DNA of 64,000 nucleotides, taken from NCBI GenBank assembly GCA_964035545.1, contig OZ037767.1, forward strand, positions 7,450,581 through 7,514,580, in the 5' to 3' direction. This document shows positions 49,604 to 62,831 of this stretch, piece by piece (the stretch's first letter is position 1; each line of letters opens with the position of its first letter). The position numbers and the translations under genes were made by a program. The DNA comes from Bugula neritina. Lineage: Eukaryota; Animalia; Bryozoa. The notes under the pieces are model-generated. The model made no database searches. It was not told where the DNA came from and saw nothing but the letters and a program-made list of their open reading frames with translations.

Positions 49604-52600
49604 CTAACAGCTGAGGCAAGGCTACAATAAGAAGAAAATAGTAGATTGTAACTAAAAGACAATGTGAAGCTTGAACTCGTAATAAAATAATTAATATAAA
49701 ATATATACTGTGTTAAGAAGGTGAAATAACGTTGACCTCCACTCTCTGCTTTCTATAGTAGAGCATCAGTGGAACTATACTCACTGCAATAGTCAATAAC
49801 TGATGTAGTAGACTAAAAGGTTCTTACCCTGGCATTGCAGGTGTGTAACTGAAAACTCTTTCCTTCACAAGTGGCTCCACAGTTGGCAGGGGGAGGGTTA
49901 GTACAAGATCTTGTTCTCACTTTTTGTCCTCCCCCACAAGAGACAGAGCAGATACTGAAGGCCGACCACTCTGTCCATCTACCGTCAACTTGGCCATTAA
50001 AAGATCGTTGAAAAAGTTGTGGTTTTGGGCCTCCACACTTCTAAAAATAGACATTCATGTCACCAAACTACAGCTATAAGCAAACATCGTTGTTCAGGAT
50101 TATAAATAGATGATAGTCCGATAGAGACTTGAAGCTGTCAATTCCAGTAGTCGTTCAAAACCTTTTTTTTAGAAAATATTGAAAAAAACTGCAGCCAAGA
50201 AGCAATGATGGTTAGGTACTTGATAGTCGCCATTGAAGTTTTTTCAAGAATCTCAGCTGAGAGTTTATAACAAAGCTGTTAAAAAGAAGCTATACAAGTT
50301 TCTTGATAAGACTATCATCTTACGGAAACAACATGATTATTCTATCTAATTAATATGGCAGCCATCACTTCAACACAGGTTCTTAGAGAATAGTAATATA
50401 CTACAACTCAGATTGCAACTCATAATCAATATGGAAAAATCAAGTCATATAAAATAGTATTTCTCATTTATGATTTAAATAGCAGCAAAATGAATATAGT
50501 CTGGTTTCTATATACTATTCCTGGACGCTTTATAATTTGCATCAATACAAAATGGTACAATTTATTAATCAAACATGCAAAAATTAATAAAACCAGTTCA
50601 GCACTGTTATTATAAGATTATTTCCGGCTAATAATGATTAAAAATAAATAGAGGCTATATTCAACTTTTTATTGATTTGATGTATGTACAAGAACGGAAC
50701 AAATCGCTCAAAATGTTGATAATTTGCAAAAAAATTTACAATATACAATCTATTTGTACTTGTCGTATAAAGACATAATTTTTTATTACTCACTTGCTTT
50801 CGGCAAGCAGACATCTTCGTCCTAATGAGTGGCGGCAAGCAGCCGTTACCACGGCAACGCTGCTCCATGACCTGAGTACCGAATCCACAGGAAGCAGAGC
50901 ACTCGGTCTTTGCCTCCCACTCTGCACATGTGCAGTTCTGGGGGCAGGCTGTGACAGGAAATGTGAGTCTGATGTCTAGATTGCCCTCATATGAGCACAC
51001 ACTGGTGTACTCACTACAGTCTACTGGGTGCATGCTCCCTGCTATGTTGATGCTGTGTGCTACAAGCATGTCAATAACTTTTATAGAAACAAAACCATTG
51101 CCTAAGATTGATTTTATTAAAAACAACATTTATATAACTCTAGCTTTACATGGCTTGTGGATGTGCTTTTAAACTGTCTAAAATTGTCTGATGTAATTTT
51201 ATTAAATAGAAATTGACTTGTAAAAAAGACAAGTATTATAAAAAGCATTTTGGAACCTAAAATCAATTAGGTTGTGATCGTTTTATTATTCGCAGCAGGT
51301 TAGTACACTTTTGGCATGTTTAATGAACATATAACTCAAAGTAATAATATGATATAATATGCATTCACCACAGTGCTGACACTTGAATTTGTATACATAT
51401 TATATCCATTGTTTTAATGTGAAACCATTCCACATTTTAAGCTCATTTCTGCATTTTTGCCAACTAGCGAAATATCTACAGCAGAGTCTACAAAACTTTC
51501 CTGTAAAATGTCTTGTAAACACTATGTTATTTATGCCTTGTAACATACTACATACAGTAAATTATGTATTAATAATATACAGTACAGTAGTATTATACTG
51601 TACTGTTTGTATGCAGTATTATTGTACTGCATGCTGTGGTAATGCAGTGCAAATGCATTGATCTTGCTGGTTCAACATGTAATTAATTCATGTATCCCAC
51701 TGGCTCAGCTTACGTTCTGAAGTTATGTTATGATGATCACGGATACCAAAAGACAGCTGTGTCCCACCCAATGCTCCTGTCTGGCATAAATGTCGTTCCT
51801 GTGCCCACGGCTTAGTAACAATTCCATTTCCTGGTTCACCTACTCCTCGCAGCGATCTGAAGTCTAAAATTGAAAGTGATAAGAATGACCACGAGATCAA
51901 TATTGTATTATTCTACTTTATATTATTGCACTGTACTTCGTTCAGCCACAGTAGCTAGGAAAGAATCTTCGAACAAATTATGCAACTTAGAGAATTTATG
52001 TAATAGAGTTCATCGAATATATTTGTTGTTACATTATATACAGTACTCACACATGCGCGCGCACACACACACACACACACGCACGCACGCACGCACACAC
52101 GCATGCATGCACACGCACACATGCACACCTACTATATTTGTTTTATAGCATCAGTATAAATATTTCCAATAAATTTTGCAATAATTGAACTGACAAATTT
52201 AACTAGCTTTAGAGGTTTTAAAAACGTTATCAGGATTCCTGCCAGCTCTTTGGTTGGTTGTAACACCCAGCTTTAATTCTCACATGTTTCATCACTACAT
52301 AGTCACTCACCATTTTCTATACAGGCACCCTGGATGGTTGAGGTTCCTCCTGTCTTGGAACAGCCTGGTAATGGTAAGCTAGTCAGGCAAACCTGCCTTT
52401 GTCCTTTAGAATCACACTCTCCCTCATAGTAATAGAGACACTTGGAGATCTTGGCGCAAGTGTTCACTAAAGGTCATAACCTTACGTTACCCATGCCGTT
52501 ATAGCTTAGTAAATGTTATATGCATATATATCACTAGCACTAATCAGTTCAATTAATTCTTATATACAATCATAATTGAAAATGTTGTCTGAAAAATATG

Positions 52601-53833
52601 TGGTGGGTTATAAAAATTTATTGCTTTTGTTCATATAATGCACAAGAATCAGTTTTTACTATAAACTATTGCAATGAAGCTACACGCGTTAAATGTTTAC
52701 TTTGGAATTTGTCAAGGTAAAATTGCATCATATAGAAAATGCTCCTTTAAAGTTAGGTTAATGTAAAAGGTGTATACTGTATACTATCGAATGAAAAAAA
52801 GACTGTGCAGGGATTTTTAGTTTTAAATTCTCATTTTAGACCAGAATGAAAGAAAAATCTTTTAACAATTTTATTTGTTTCATAACTTACAGTAATGGGA
52901 TGCTGAGGAAATCGTTGCAATGTTTGCACACAGCAGAACACCTGCAACAGCAATTCATACTATTTATTATTATAGATGGACAAATAATTAACACTTTTTA
53001 CTATTACCAACAAATGAGTTGCTAAAACCAATCAGCTCTAACAATCAAAGATATCAATTTATTACTAATCACCTAATCCTGCACTAATCTTCTTGTAGTA
53101 TTATCGGCTAATTTAGCAGGAAATGGAAAACTAATAGTAACTTAATATGGCAGATGGGCTTACCACCATGCAATGACTCATCTCTAGTAAACAGAATAAT
53201 ATATAATATAAACTATTGAACAGCTGTAAACAATGTTGCGGAGATAGTGCAAAGCTTGTTTCACCTCTGCAGCTTTAATGCGCTGCTGTGTCATGCATTG
53301 TAAAGTTTGTGCCAACATATATATGTGTATATTTCCTACTTATACTTATAATAATATACAATGCATATATTATTTAAGAAAAACAAATCTTTAGACGTTA
53401 CAATTAAAACAGCTTACAGCTTTTTAAAACATTCACACAAATGCATTGGCTATAGCTATGCAATACCATATATATAGAATATTAATTTGTAACATGTAAA
53501 ACTTTTAGCTCAAATTTAGCAGAGTTACTGCTACGTCGAAATTGCAGCATATGTAAAGATGCTGAATAATAATTAGCACATCAAGTACTTTTAATTAAAT
53601 TACTAAGTAATTTTGTGTCATTTAAGAATAAAATCAGATTGGTTTTGAAAAAAAAGTAAGATTGTTTTCTACTAGTATCATACTAAGCTAGAGCAGTGTA
53701 CTTTTTGTTGTTAAAAAGCCTTATGTAAAATATAAGTTAGGCTATTATCTAGCAAGTAAAATAATTTATTACAACTAACAATATTATAAATTCATAACTT
53801 ACCAGCTGCCCAGAGTAATTTAATTGCTGACAT
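49604..53833 (-). CDS. Small secreted protein with thrombospondin type-1 repeats, ~257 aa
   Basis: Exons 53803-53833, 52891-52941, 52311-52466, 51714-51863, 50794-50948, 49828-50040 and 49604-49621 (774 nt, in frame). Signal peptide MSAIKLLWAAGVLLCANIATISSA; TSP1 repeats WEAKTECSASCGFGTQ and DGRWTEWSAFSICSVSCGGGQKVRTRSCTNPPP; ends PCLSC*. Confidence 0.8.
52048..52128. repeat. Compound (CA)n/(CACG)n alternating purine-pyrimidine microsatellite
   Basis: Direct observation in an intron of the TSP1 gene. Confidence 0.9.
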
Positions 53834-55334
53834 TTCAAGAGGAAAAGGGTAGAGAAACTGATTGAACTACCTTAGTTGTTTGTTAGAATATTACAAGTGG
53901 CAAACACATTTAAGATAATATTATTTTGCTTGGATTATGGAAAGGATAATCCCTGATATTAAGTGCATACATGATCTGACCAAATATGTACAAAGTGACT
54001 GGCAGGTCTAAATCAGATAAATATTATACACTGTGAATTATGAAGCTCTTATGTAAATTTGTAATAATTATTTTTAAAGTTGTTTTCACTTTTTCAAAGT
54101 ATCATACTTTAAGTTGAATGTTTAATTACATTATACAATTTATGTGAGAAAATTTTAATTTTATGACTTTAATCTTAGCTTTCACTTTTTAGACTTGACT
54201 TTAGGGTTCTTTTTATTTGTTTTTGTGATCATTTTTGACTGAGTGAGGTGTAATGTGATTTTAGTATGTAGCGTGTCATACTTAATACAGAATTAGCTTC
54301 AGGTTGCCCATTCTCCTGTCAGGAATTGAATAACTGCAACATTTATATTGTAAAGAAATAATTCACTCTTTTCGAAAGTGTCAATCATTCCGTCAACAGC
54401 CTGTTTACAACTCTGAACAACGAGGTATGTCTCTAAAGCACTTTGTAGTGTCTCCTTCTATCAAATTAAGTCTTTTAACAATATGATTAATTATTCCATC
54501 ACACGCAATAATCAAACAATAATAAATAATCAATAAAAATTAATGCTCTTAATTAGTATATGGTGAGTATATTAATTAGGCTGCTAACAGTGCTTATTTA
54601 GCAACAAGTTGTATACTGTAGTACCTGACCTTTTGAACTGGTCAATTCAGAGCCAATAGAAATTTTTCTGCTGACTATTTGAAAGGATAGTTGTTGTAAG
54701 ATTTCATTACACAGTATATTTAGCAGTGGATGAGGTAGTGAGAAGATGGCTTATTCAAAAGCTATTTATGGTTAAATTATATACTGTGTGCTAATTAGTC
54801 TCACCCCAAACCCTTGACTTCTGTAGCAACTTGCACTTGATACTCTGTAAACTCCTTTGAGAAATCATAGTTTGTAATAATTATTGTGATTTCTTCAATT
54901 TTGTTGTGTGTAAAAGTTGTTGGAATTTATTATTTTGGCCTTATGCCAATAAAATTATACTATTTGCTAATTATTTAACTCATAGTACACATGGAAAATC
55001 AAGATTTATGAATTATTATATTTTAATTATGTTGTAACTGTACATATTCTACATGGAGACAGATTGAGTAGCAAAATTTTGATTAGTAACTTCAGTTAAA
55101 GTTATCATATTTTATTTTTATTAATAAATTTTTATATCAAAATTCTGTGACTTTTCAAGTTAGAGTTGCAATTAAAAAACAGATTAATTATCTTAATAGC
55201 TTTCAAAATATTGTTTTGCATGAAATAAAAAATTTTGAAATTATGTTAGAATAACTTGCATCCAAATAAACCATCTATACTTTTTCTTATTTGTCAAAGT
55301 CAGTATAGATTAAAAAAGATGTCTACAGATCATG

Positions 55335-58300
55335 TTAACTGTGATACATCCTGTATCTCATTGTCTCCGCGTAATCTAGTACTGCTGGAGTTATGTCATT
55401 AGCACACGCTTCCTATAAGTAGAAATTAAAATTTGACAGTTTATCTTATAAATTAATGGCAGTCTATAACTGGATAGCGCACATCTGTTCAATATGAGGT
55501 AGCGTTATCACATATCATAATATGTTTCTCATGACATGTGCAGCAACACCCTTTGTATAAACGCAACAATTATTTCAAAACTTTCTAGTAAGAAACAAAA
55601 AACATTTTACAGATAACTGCAGAGTTTCGTTGGTACAGTCAAATGTTTAAAATACTTAGATAAGTTGCAGTTGATAAATTTAATAAACATTTTTTATTCA
55701 AAAGCTTTTGCTGCAGGATATTAAAAACTTGAGTTATAGAAAAATCAGGATATATATAGGTTTTGTGTGCTAGCAGCAGTATTAAAAGTAGACAGTGGAT
55801 AAAAAGTCTAAATAAGTTGAAAACCTTAGCTAAAAATAGCAGTAGTCGAGGAAGCAATAAATCGCTACGAGGCTGTGAAGTCACTAGAGCATGTGTGAGT
55901 TACTTCAACAGTAAAAAGCTAGGTAGGATACATGCAGGTACAAAGATTATGCAGATAAAAATATCAAATGGCATGCATTTAATTATTGCAAACATGAAAT
56001 GCTAATATTGTTTAGATTTTCTTTGACTTAATTTTTACGTTTAAAATTTCAAACACAAATTATATATATACTAATCTTTTTGTAACTTTTTTCAAATATG
56101 CTGTACAAAAATCTGCTTACATAGAGCAAAGCTGTCTTGACACTATAATATAGAAATGAAACTCATGCACAAGCAGCTTATATGGTATTAAGAAATATGT
56201 AGAATTCTTACCCAGCCGCCTTGCTTCTGTATCCAGTCTTCAATATGGAAAGCCTTTAAGTACTGAACGTACCATTCTATATAATATCTTATTTTGTCAA
56301 ATTGTTGCCTTCTAGCAGCGTACAACGCTGCCGCAGTTGCAGCTCGCAAAGACTGGATAATACAAACAGCAAACAACATACTGACTGTATAATATCTATA
56401 ACATACAAAGTTGATTGACTTTCAATTTAAAGTAAAAAGTATTCTAGCTGCTTTTATTTGCTGTGGCAATTGTCAGTTTTAAAATGTTCACAGGTAATAT
56501 TTTTGCCATGCAGTTTGCCTAGCACTGATAGAAGTAAAAAAAGCTTAAAGATAATATGTATACCAATGACTCTATAAAATATACTTAAACCTATAAATAA
56601 ATAAAATAAAAGCTATATAAAGTAAATGTTAGCTAAAAAACAATAATGATGATTAGATTGCTAATCCGTGACTGACAATTGTACAAATTGATATACTAGT
56701 ATTAGCAATCTATACTGAATTTCTAACTCAAAACATATACGTGAAAACCTATTCAATATACCTCGAAATACTTAGATTAGGTTAAACTATATATACATGT
56801 CTATTAAGGTTTATAGGTGAAATAAATACAGAAAATTTACCGTAATTATCTGTGGCCAAGAAGCTTTTCTGTCAACCATAGGGCCACAATCTGTGAAGAA
56901 GAGGGAACTAAGAAGATCTATAAACTCATTTCTTTCATTTACAGGCTTAAACTTTGGCTCTATAACGGAACTTAGTGTACTGACAAAATATGCTTCCCTG
57001 TTAGCATAGTTTGGTACATGTTTTTGGTAATATAACACTGCAAAATATGACAATAGGTATTAGCAATTGTATTAAAATATATAGTAGATTAATTATTTGT
57101 CTCACTAATTCATTATGCAGTTTAACCACTAACTATCTAAAAAAGCTATAAGAATGACAGAGTAGACAACTACATGATAAAACTTGCAGTTGAATCAGAA
57201 TTGCTACTTGCTTAGTTCGTTTCATTCAATTGGCTGATGTTTTTAACAGGTGTATATGCCAACCACAGAATTTATGTGCATGATTAGAAAATAACAGATG
57301 AAGAAATATGTTTCATGTAATAACCACTACTTGACAAATGGTAAGACATATTTTACTATAATTTATTTTTATAAAATCAATAATACGTAACACACTGTAA
57401 AATTTTGTAAGAAATTTGGAGTTAGGTTAGTGCCAAACGTGTTCCAATAAACAAGTGTTCATTGCGTAGGACTTCAACAGACAAGCAAAAAAGTATCCAA
57501 GCAATCATTTTGTTTAAACTTTCAGCTATTTTAGATATTAAGTTTCATTGTCAACTTACACAATGTTTCCATGTCGAATAAGATAGGGTTTTCATTTATC
57601 AAGCTATCTGTTCGATACAAATCTATGTGTTGTTCTATAGGCTGTTCACAGTTGTTTACAACACTGGAAAGATAAAATGTTTAATGCAGTATTATGTCAT
57701 TATCATGAACATACAAATAAACTAATGCTTGCATTTTGCCCTTCAGAACTTGAAAGCTGGTTCCATCAATTGCAGCCCTAATTTCAATTGTTTCACAAAG
57801 TTTACAGACAGGAGGCTCAGCTATGACATGCTGTTGCTAATGACAGCGTGCAGGAGCAACATTTTGCCAAAACCTAGGCAAAATGTATGGTTAATTACCT
57901 AACTTTTATACAATTAAAACTGTTTTTATAACCAAATAATGTCAACTAAATATTACAACTATAGTTTGCAACTTATAATTGCATAATATACAGGCCTTGA
58001 ATAAAATGTGGAAAACAGTTACTCCTATGATGCTAAAGCGCCCTTATTCTGGGATAGTTGAACACTGAATGTTACTTCAGACTTATGTTCAAGATTACTA
58101 ATAGTGTATATCATACTTGTAAGTTACGTATGCCCAGACCACCTGTGTACTGGTCAACTTTTTAGATGGTGTTGGTCCGGCTTGATTAGGTTGGTTGATT
58201 CCACTAGGCCCAGCTTCCTGAGATGGCCCAGCTTCCTGAGATGGCCCAGCTTCCTGAGATGGCCCAGCTTCCTGAGATGGCCCAGCTGAATTGCCTCCCA

Positions 58301-58352
58301 AAAATGCAGGTGGAGGTGGCATTAGATCCCTATCACTGGGTCCAGATGCCAT
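55335..58352 (-). CDS. Divergent Bcl-2-family protein, paralog A (~251 aa)
   Basis: Exons 58117-58352 (BH4-like TSTQVVWAYVTY), 57560-57663, 56841-57037 (BH1-like ASWPQIIT), 56212-56352 (BH2 IEDWIQKQGGW with the family-typical phase-0 intron after GGW) and 55335-55412 (EACAND...YHS*). The last exon is less certain. Confidence 0.75.
58207..58287 (-). repeat. Coding 18-bp perfect tandem repeat encoding (AGPSQE)4
   Basis: GGCCCAGCTTCCTGAGAT x4.5 on the + strand, in exon 1 of paralog A. Confidence 0.95.
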
Positions 58353-58862
58353 TTTTGTTATTAATGTGATTTTTGAGTCCAGCTCTTGAAAAAGTTGAGT
58401 TAGTTTTGCTTCTTTTAGATTTTTTATGAATTAAAATACTTGAAAGCTTTAAAAATTGTTTGAATTTTTTAAATAAAATGAGGCCACAAATTATAGGTGA
58501 AACAATTATTGTAATAATAGTAATAAGAAACTTTTTAGATAGAACAAATGTGTGAACATTTCAACTCGATCAGTAATGCTATAGTCATACATGTATACAA
58601 TTTTACAATCATGTTGTTAGAGTTATCTTCCCCTTTCCTTTAGTCTTCACTTCCAAACCACTGAACTGAAACTATAAGGGGGGGGGGTTATACTTCAATG
58701 TTCCAAACTATTTCAAATTTCAATCAATAATTTCTATCATTATCTCTGGTATTTACTGAATGTACAGATGGAATAAAATAGACAAACTGTATATTAAAGT
58801 TAGATGGTTCATTATACTCCAATAATCTAATTTCACATTTAAACCGTAATTCACTGTTAAAC

Positions 58863-59531
58863 CAGAGGTGTCCAACCTTTTCAGAGTGAGGGCCACAGAA
58901 AAAGAATATTTTATGGTGAGGGCCACATTGCAGAGTTTAACTTCAGCTGGAGGCCACAGCATCAGTTTTTTCAAGTTACTTTATTCCAAATTCCTATATA
59001 ACTCATTACACAATGAAGTCCCAATAGTTACTGCAGGCTGCATGTTTTTAGCATAAATTATGTTTAAAAAAATAGGACATTTAAAAGGTGGTTTTCTACT
59101 CTAAAGGCTTAGCCTCACGCTTGTGAGAATCACACGAAAGTCGTGTGATGATTTTCCTTAATTATCCTCTCGATATGACCAGCCACACATTCATCGAACA
59201 AAATACATAATAAATAGTCTGTGACTGAGTTTTGCAAAAGATACAAACAGCAGAAAATTGCCAAATAGAGAAACGTGGTATTAATTAAATAATTACTGTT
59301 GCTAAAATTCTAATGATCAATCAAATGGTGCTTATGGTTAGTTTCCTCAAATTTGATCGTATGTTTGTGGTTTTGTGTCAAATAGACGATTTCGTGTGAT
59401 TCTCACGAGCATGAGGCCAGGCGTAATTTGTATATATGCGCAATGTAACTTAATTTGTTATTCCTTTGAGGGCCACATAACTGTAGTTTGGAGCCGCATC
59501 CATCCCTGGGGCCTCCTGTTGGACAGCCCTG
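58863..59531. mobile_element. hAT-type MITE between the Bcl-2 paralogs
   Basis: 8-bp TSD TGTTAAAC at 58855-62 and 59532-39; TIR CAGAGGTGTCCAAC / GTTGGACAGCCCTG; subterminal GAGGGCCACA repeats. Confidence 0.9.
59106..59423. mobile_element. Small MITE nested in the hAT element
   Basis: ~38-bp imperfect TIR GCCTCACGCTTGTGAGAATCACACGAAA / TTTCGTGTGATTCTCACGAGCATGAGGC; TSD unclear. Confidence 0.75.
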
Positions 59532-60432
59532 TGTTAAACTGTTGATGTTGCTAGACAGCCCAGACCTCCAAGTTGACATACACACAGTCTCAGCATATAG
59601 GTCAGCTCAGATATACAGTCTGATTGGATGATTCGATCTCAGACACATATGAGAGCTCTGCTTGTAAGAGGCAGAGTAGCTAATATATAAAGGAACTGCT
59701 TGCATGTGGTGTGTCACCATTCCAACAAAACATGCTGTAATACTCCATATATATACTGTAGTATTGTAATATCATCTATAACATAAACTATAATAGCTGC
59801 TATAGAACATTCTTTCTGTATGAAAGTACACCACCAGACGGTTTGATATTAATTTTATAGAAGTAATTACTAGTTGCATGTATTGAGTATTATGCTTTAA
59901 ATCATAAATTGGAAATATGTATTCAAGCTGTCCTTTCATTCTTTTCAAGTTTAGCTTGCAAATCTTTGCTAAAAATGATTTTGGAGCCATGTTCATTCAT
60001 ATCACTGTAAGAACTACGGTGTTGTCTATAACAAAATTATTTTATTGAGACTTCACTGGATCACATTATTATTTGTTGGATAATAGCATGCCTTCCAAAC
60101 TTTATACTAAGTAAATTACATATAATTTAGATGAGCCATGGCCAAGGTTTAGCATGCAAAAAATTTATATGAATACGTTTATTTGTAGTATACGTGTGAC
60201 TCCAGGTTAACTATATCTTTATCTCAAAAAGTTCTGATTTTCTAGATAGAAAAGTTCAAACAATATTTTGCTTTATAGAGTGCTTAAATTTTATTCACTT
60301 TGTAAAATAATTGTTGATTAAGTAAAATCAATTTTTGCTATACTAAAGTAAATATTGATGGTTGAAGCACTCCAATAGATTTTAATTGTCTTTAAATCCT
60401 TGTTATGGTTATGTAACCGTTGGTCAGTTGAC

Positions 60433-62831
60433 CTAACATTCCATTTCAGCTCTCAATTCAGCCACTACACTTTCCTGCAAAAATGATGCAGAATAAGTTT
60501 TATGTTGTTGGCATTGAGTATCCAACATATAACTATTCTAACTTTTTTCAACAATAATAACTTTTGAGCAAAATAAAACTTAAATGTGTTAGATAATTCA
60601 ATGTATTATTATGCCTTGCCATACTCAACAAGTTATACATTTGCTTATTGTCAATTAACCTTTTGATATCTGTAAATTAAAAACAGCAAATTTATACTGA
60701 TTATTTTTTTAATCTCAAGCTAAACTTTATAAATTACCCATCCATCTTGCTTTTGAATCCAATCCTCAATTTGAAATCCTTTAAAGTACAAGACACACCA
60801 TTCTCCATAGTCTTGCATTCTATTATATTCTTGGAGAAAAGCTGCCTGTATTACCATTTGAGCAGTTGCTTCGGCCGACTGGAAAAACATGTAATTTTTG
60901 ATAAGAACAAGCAGGGACTTCACAAGCTGATATATCAAATATCAATAGCTAATAACAAGTACATACTGAACTAATATAAGAGCATATCAAGTTGGCCTTA
61001 AGCTTTTAAGGAAGTTTTGATTTTGAAAGAGCACTTATATTGCCCACTTAGCTTTCTATCTGAACGCTTGAATGAAATAAAAAACTCATTTCTGTAAATT
61101 GTTAAAGTAGCAAAATATTGAGTGTTTTGAAACTAAAACTATACTCTAAAATATTATAGAATAGCTGATGATTCACCAGAATAGCTCTCTCCCATGTAAT
61201 CTGCTTGGGGCGGGTGGAGCCACTACACCCCGCATAGATTCTGTTCATTTCACAAGCATACTTCGGTCTAGCTTCATCTGATTTAATTTCCAATGCAACG
61301 GCATATAAAAAGCTTTTGATTGATGGTAGAAATGTTGGACTGGTTTTTTCATAGTATTTCCCTTTTGATAAAAAGGAACATAACAATAAATTGAATCAAA
61401 ACAATATTTTTGCATACTGGTTGTTCTTAATAAATTATTCTTAGCTCTGAACAACAATAAAGTATGAGCTATTTACTATCTTAAAAATAAATGAGGCAAA
61501 GCAATTATTTAGTTGCAATTTTTTTTATAATATATGTATGGAAGTATGCATGTTCTTTGCATAGCCTAAACTACTTATATAAATGTTCTTGCATTTAGGG
61601 TATAAGATTTTTAAAAATAGTAATTTCCTAAAGATTAATATAAATACTAGATGTCTTAAGATAAACTTAGAAAGCTACGGATTATAAGTTTATATATGTA
61701 CATTTTGCTATGAATTCACCGGTCAACTTTTAGTTAAGTTCAGACAAGCACAGCACTGCACTTACTGAGTTCATTCAATGCTATGAAAACGTCAGTTTTT
61801 TCAATATTTTTGCTGCAGACTCCTAGACCCAAGTGATTATCCATGTCCAGGTTTGTCTTCTCTCTCACTCTGTTACAGAAAGTGTACATTATGTGAGCCA
61901 TTATAAAGTTGAAACAGTTGATATTTTACACAGCATTCATATAATATTATTAAACTCAAGTTATAATGATAACTTTAAATTATTCAAAACTTACAGTCCT
62001 TCAAATATGTTATCTTTATAGCTCACATACGTTACAAAGTTTTACATATAGGATATACTTTAAAATACCCAAAAATTTAAAAAAAAAGTAAATAATGCTC
62101 CTTTCCCTTTTGAAAATGATGTGTCCAAGATTTGATGAAAGTTGGTGTATTTTATAATCAGCATTGACAATGTAGCATAAAAAGCATATTTCATGCCTAT
62201 TATTTTACACTTGCCACTGATTAACTTATTTAATGTGTTGAGCTAACAATAAGAAAAGAAGTGTTCTGTAACAGCAGATGCATGAGGAGATCCCAATTTT
62301 AGAAAGTTCCAAAACTTTGCTTAAAAGTATAAAAAAACTACATGGATACTGAAACAAAATATATACTGGCTCTAAACTTGTTGAGCTAACTTATAACACA
62401 CCTAAAAATCCATTATGTATGTATTACCCACCATACAAGTAATATAACTTATCTGAAAAAATATTTCAATTTGGCATTATTTGGCATCATAATTATATGA
62501 TGAATACAACACAAAATAAATATAGCTATATATACAATGAATATAATATATAATCAATATAATATATGTTAGATATAACATGTTATAAAAGTTATAAACA
62601 AACAAACCATTCTTTCCATATACACTGTAATTTTATAGCCTATATATATAGGCACTATTTTATGCTCTAATATTTTAGTATATTATTTGTTATTTACCTA
62701 TAAGCTAAATAGGCTGATATAAGCTCTAAGGTTGATATTTTTTCAGTATTTTCCTCATTGGGCTGAGACAGCTTGATCTCTACTATTGTTGGAGGTGATG
62801 GAGAAGTCAATTCTTGAACAGTGTTCACCAT
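60433..62831 (-). CDS. Divergent Bcl-2-family protein, paralog B (~201 aa)
   Basis: Exons 62698-62831 (BH4-like STLELISAYLAYR), 61766-61869, 61177-61361 (BH1-like ITWERAIL; weak AAG acceptor), 60738-60878 (BH2 IEDWIQKQDGW) and 60433-60474 (ESVVAELRAEMEC*). Intron phases and the 104-nt and 141-nt exons match paralog A. Confidence 0.75.

Noticed and set aside
53163-53290. Exon-like segment with a GTAAG donor in intron 1 of the TSP1 gene
   Set aside because: Its phase is incompatible with the next exon, and direct splicing of 53803 to 52941 gives a clean signal peptide.
55639-55884. Hydrophobic ORF as a candidate TM tail for Bcl-2 paralog A
   Set aside because: AT-rich intronic sequence with no convincing in-frame acceptor. 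The exon at 55335-55412 has a better acceptor and parallels paralog B.
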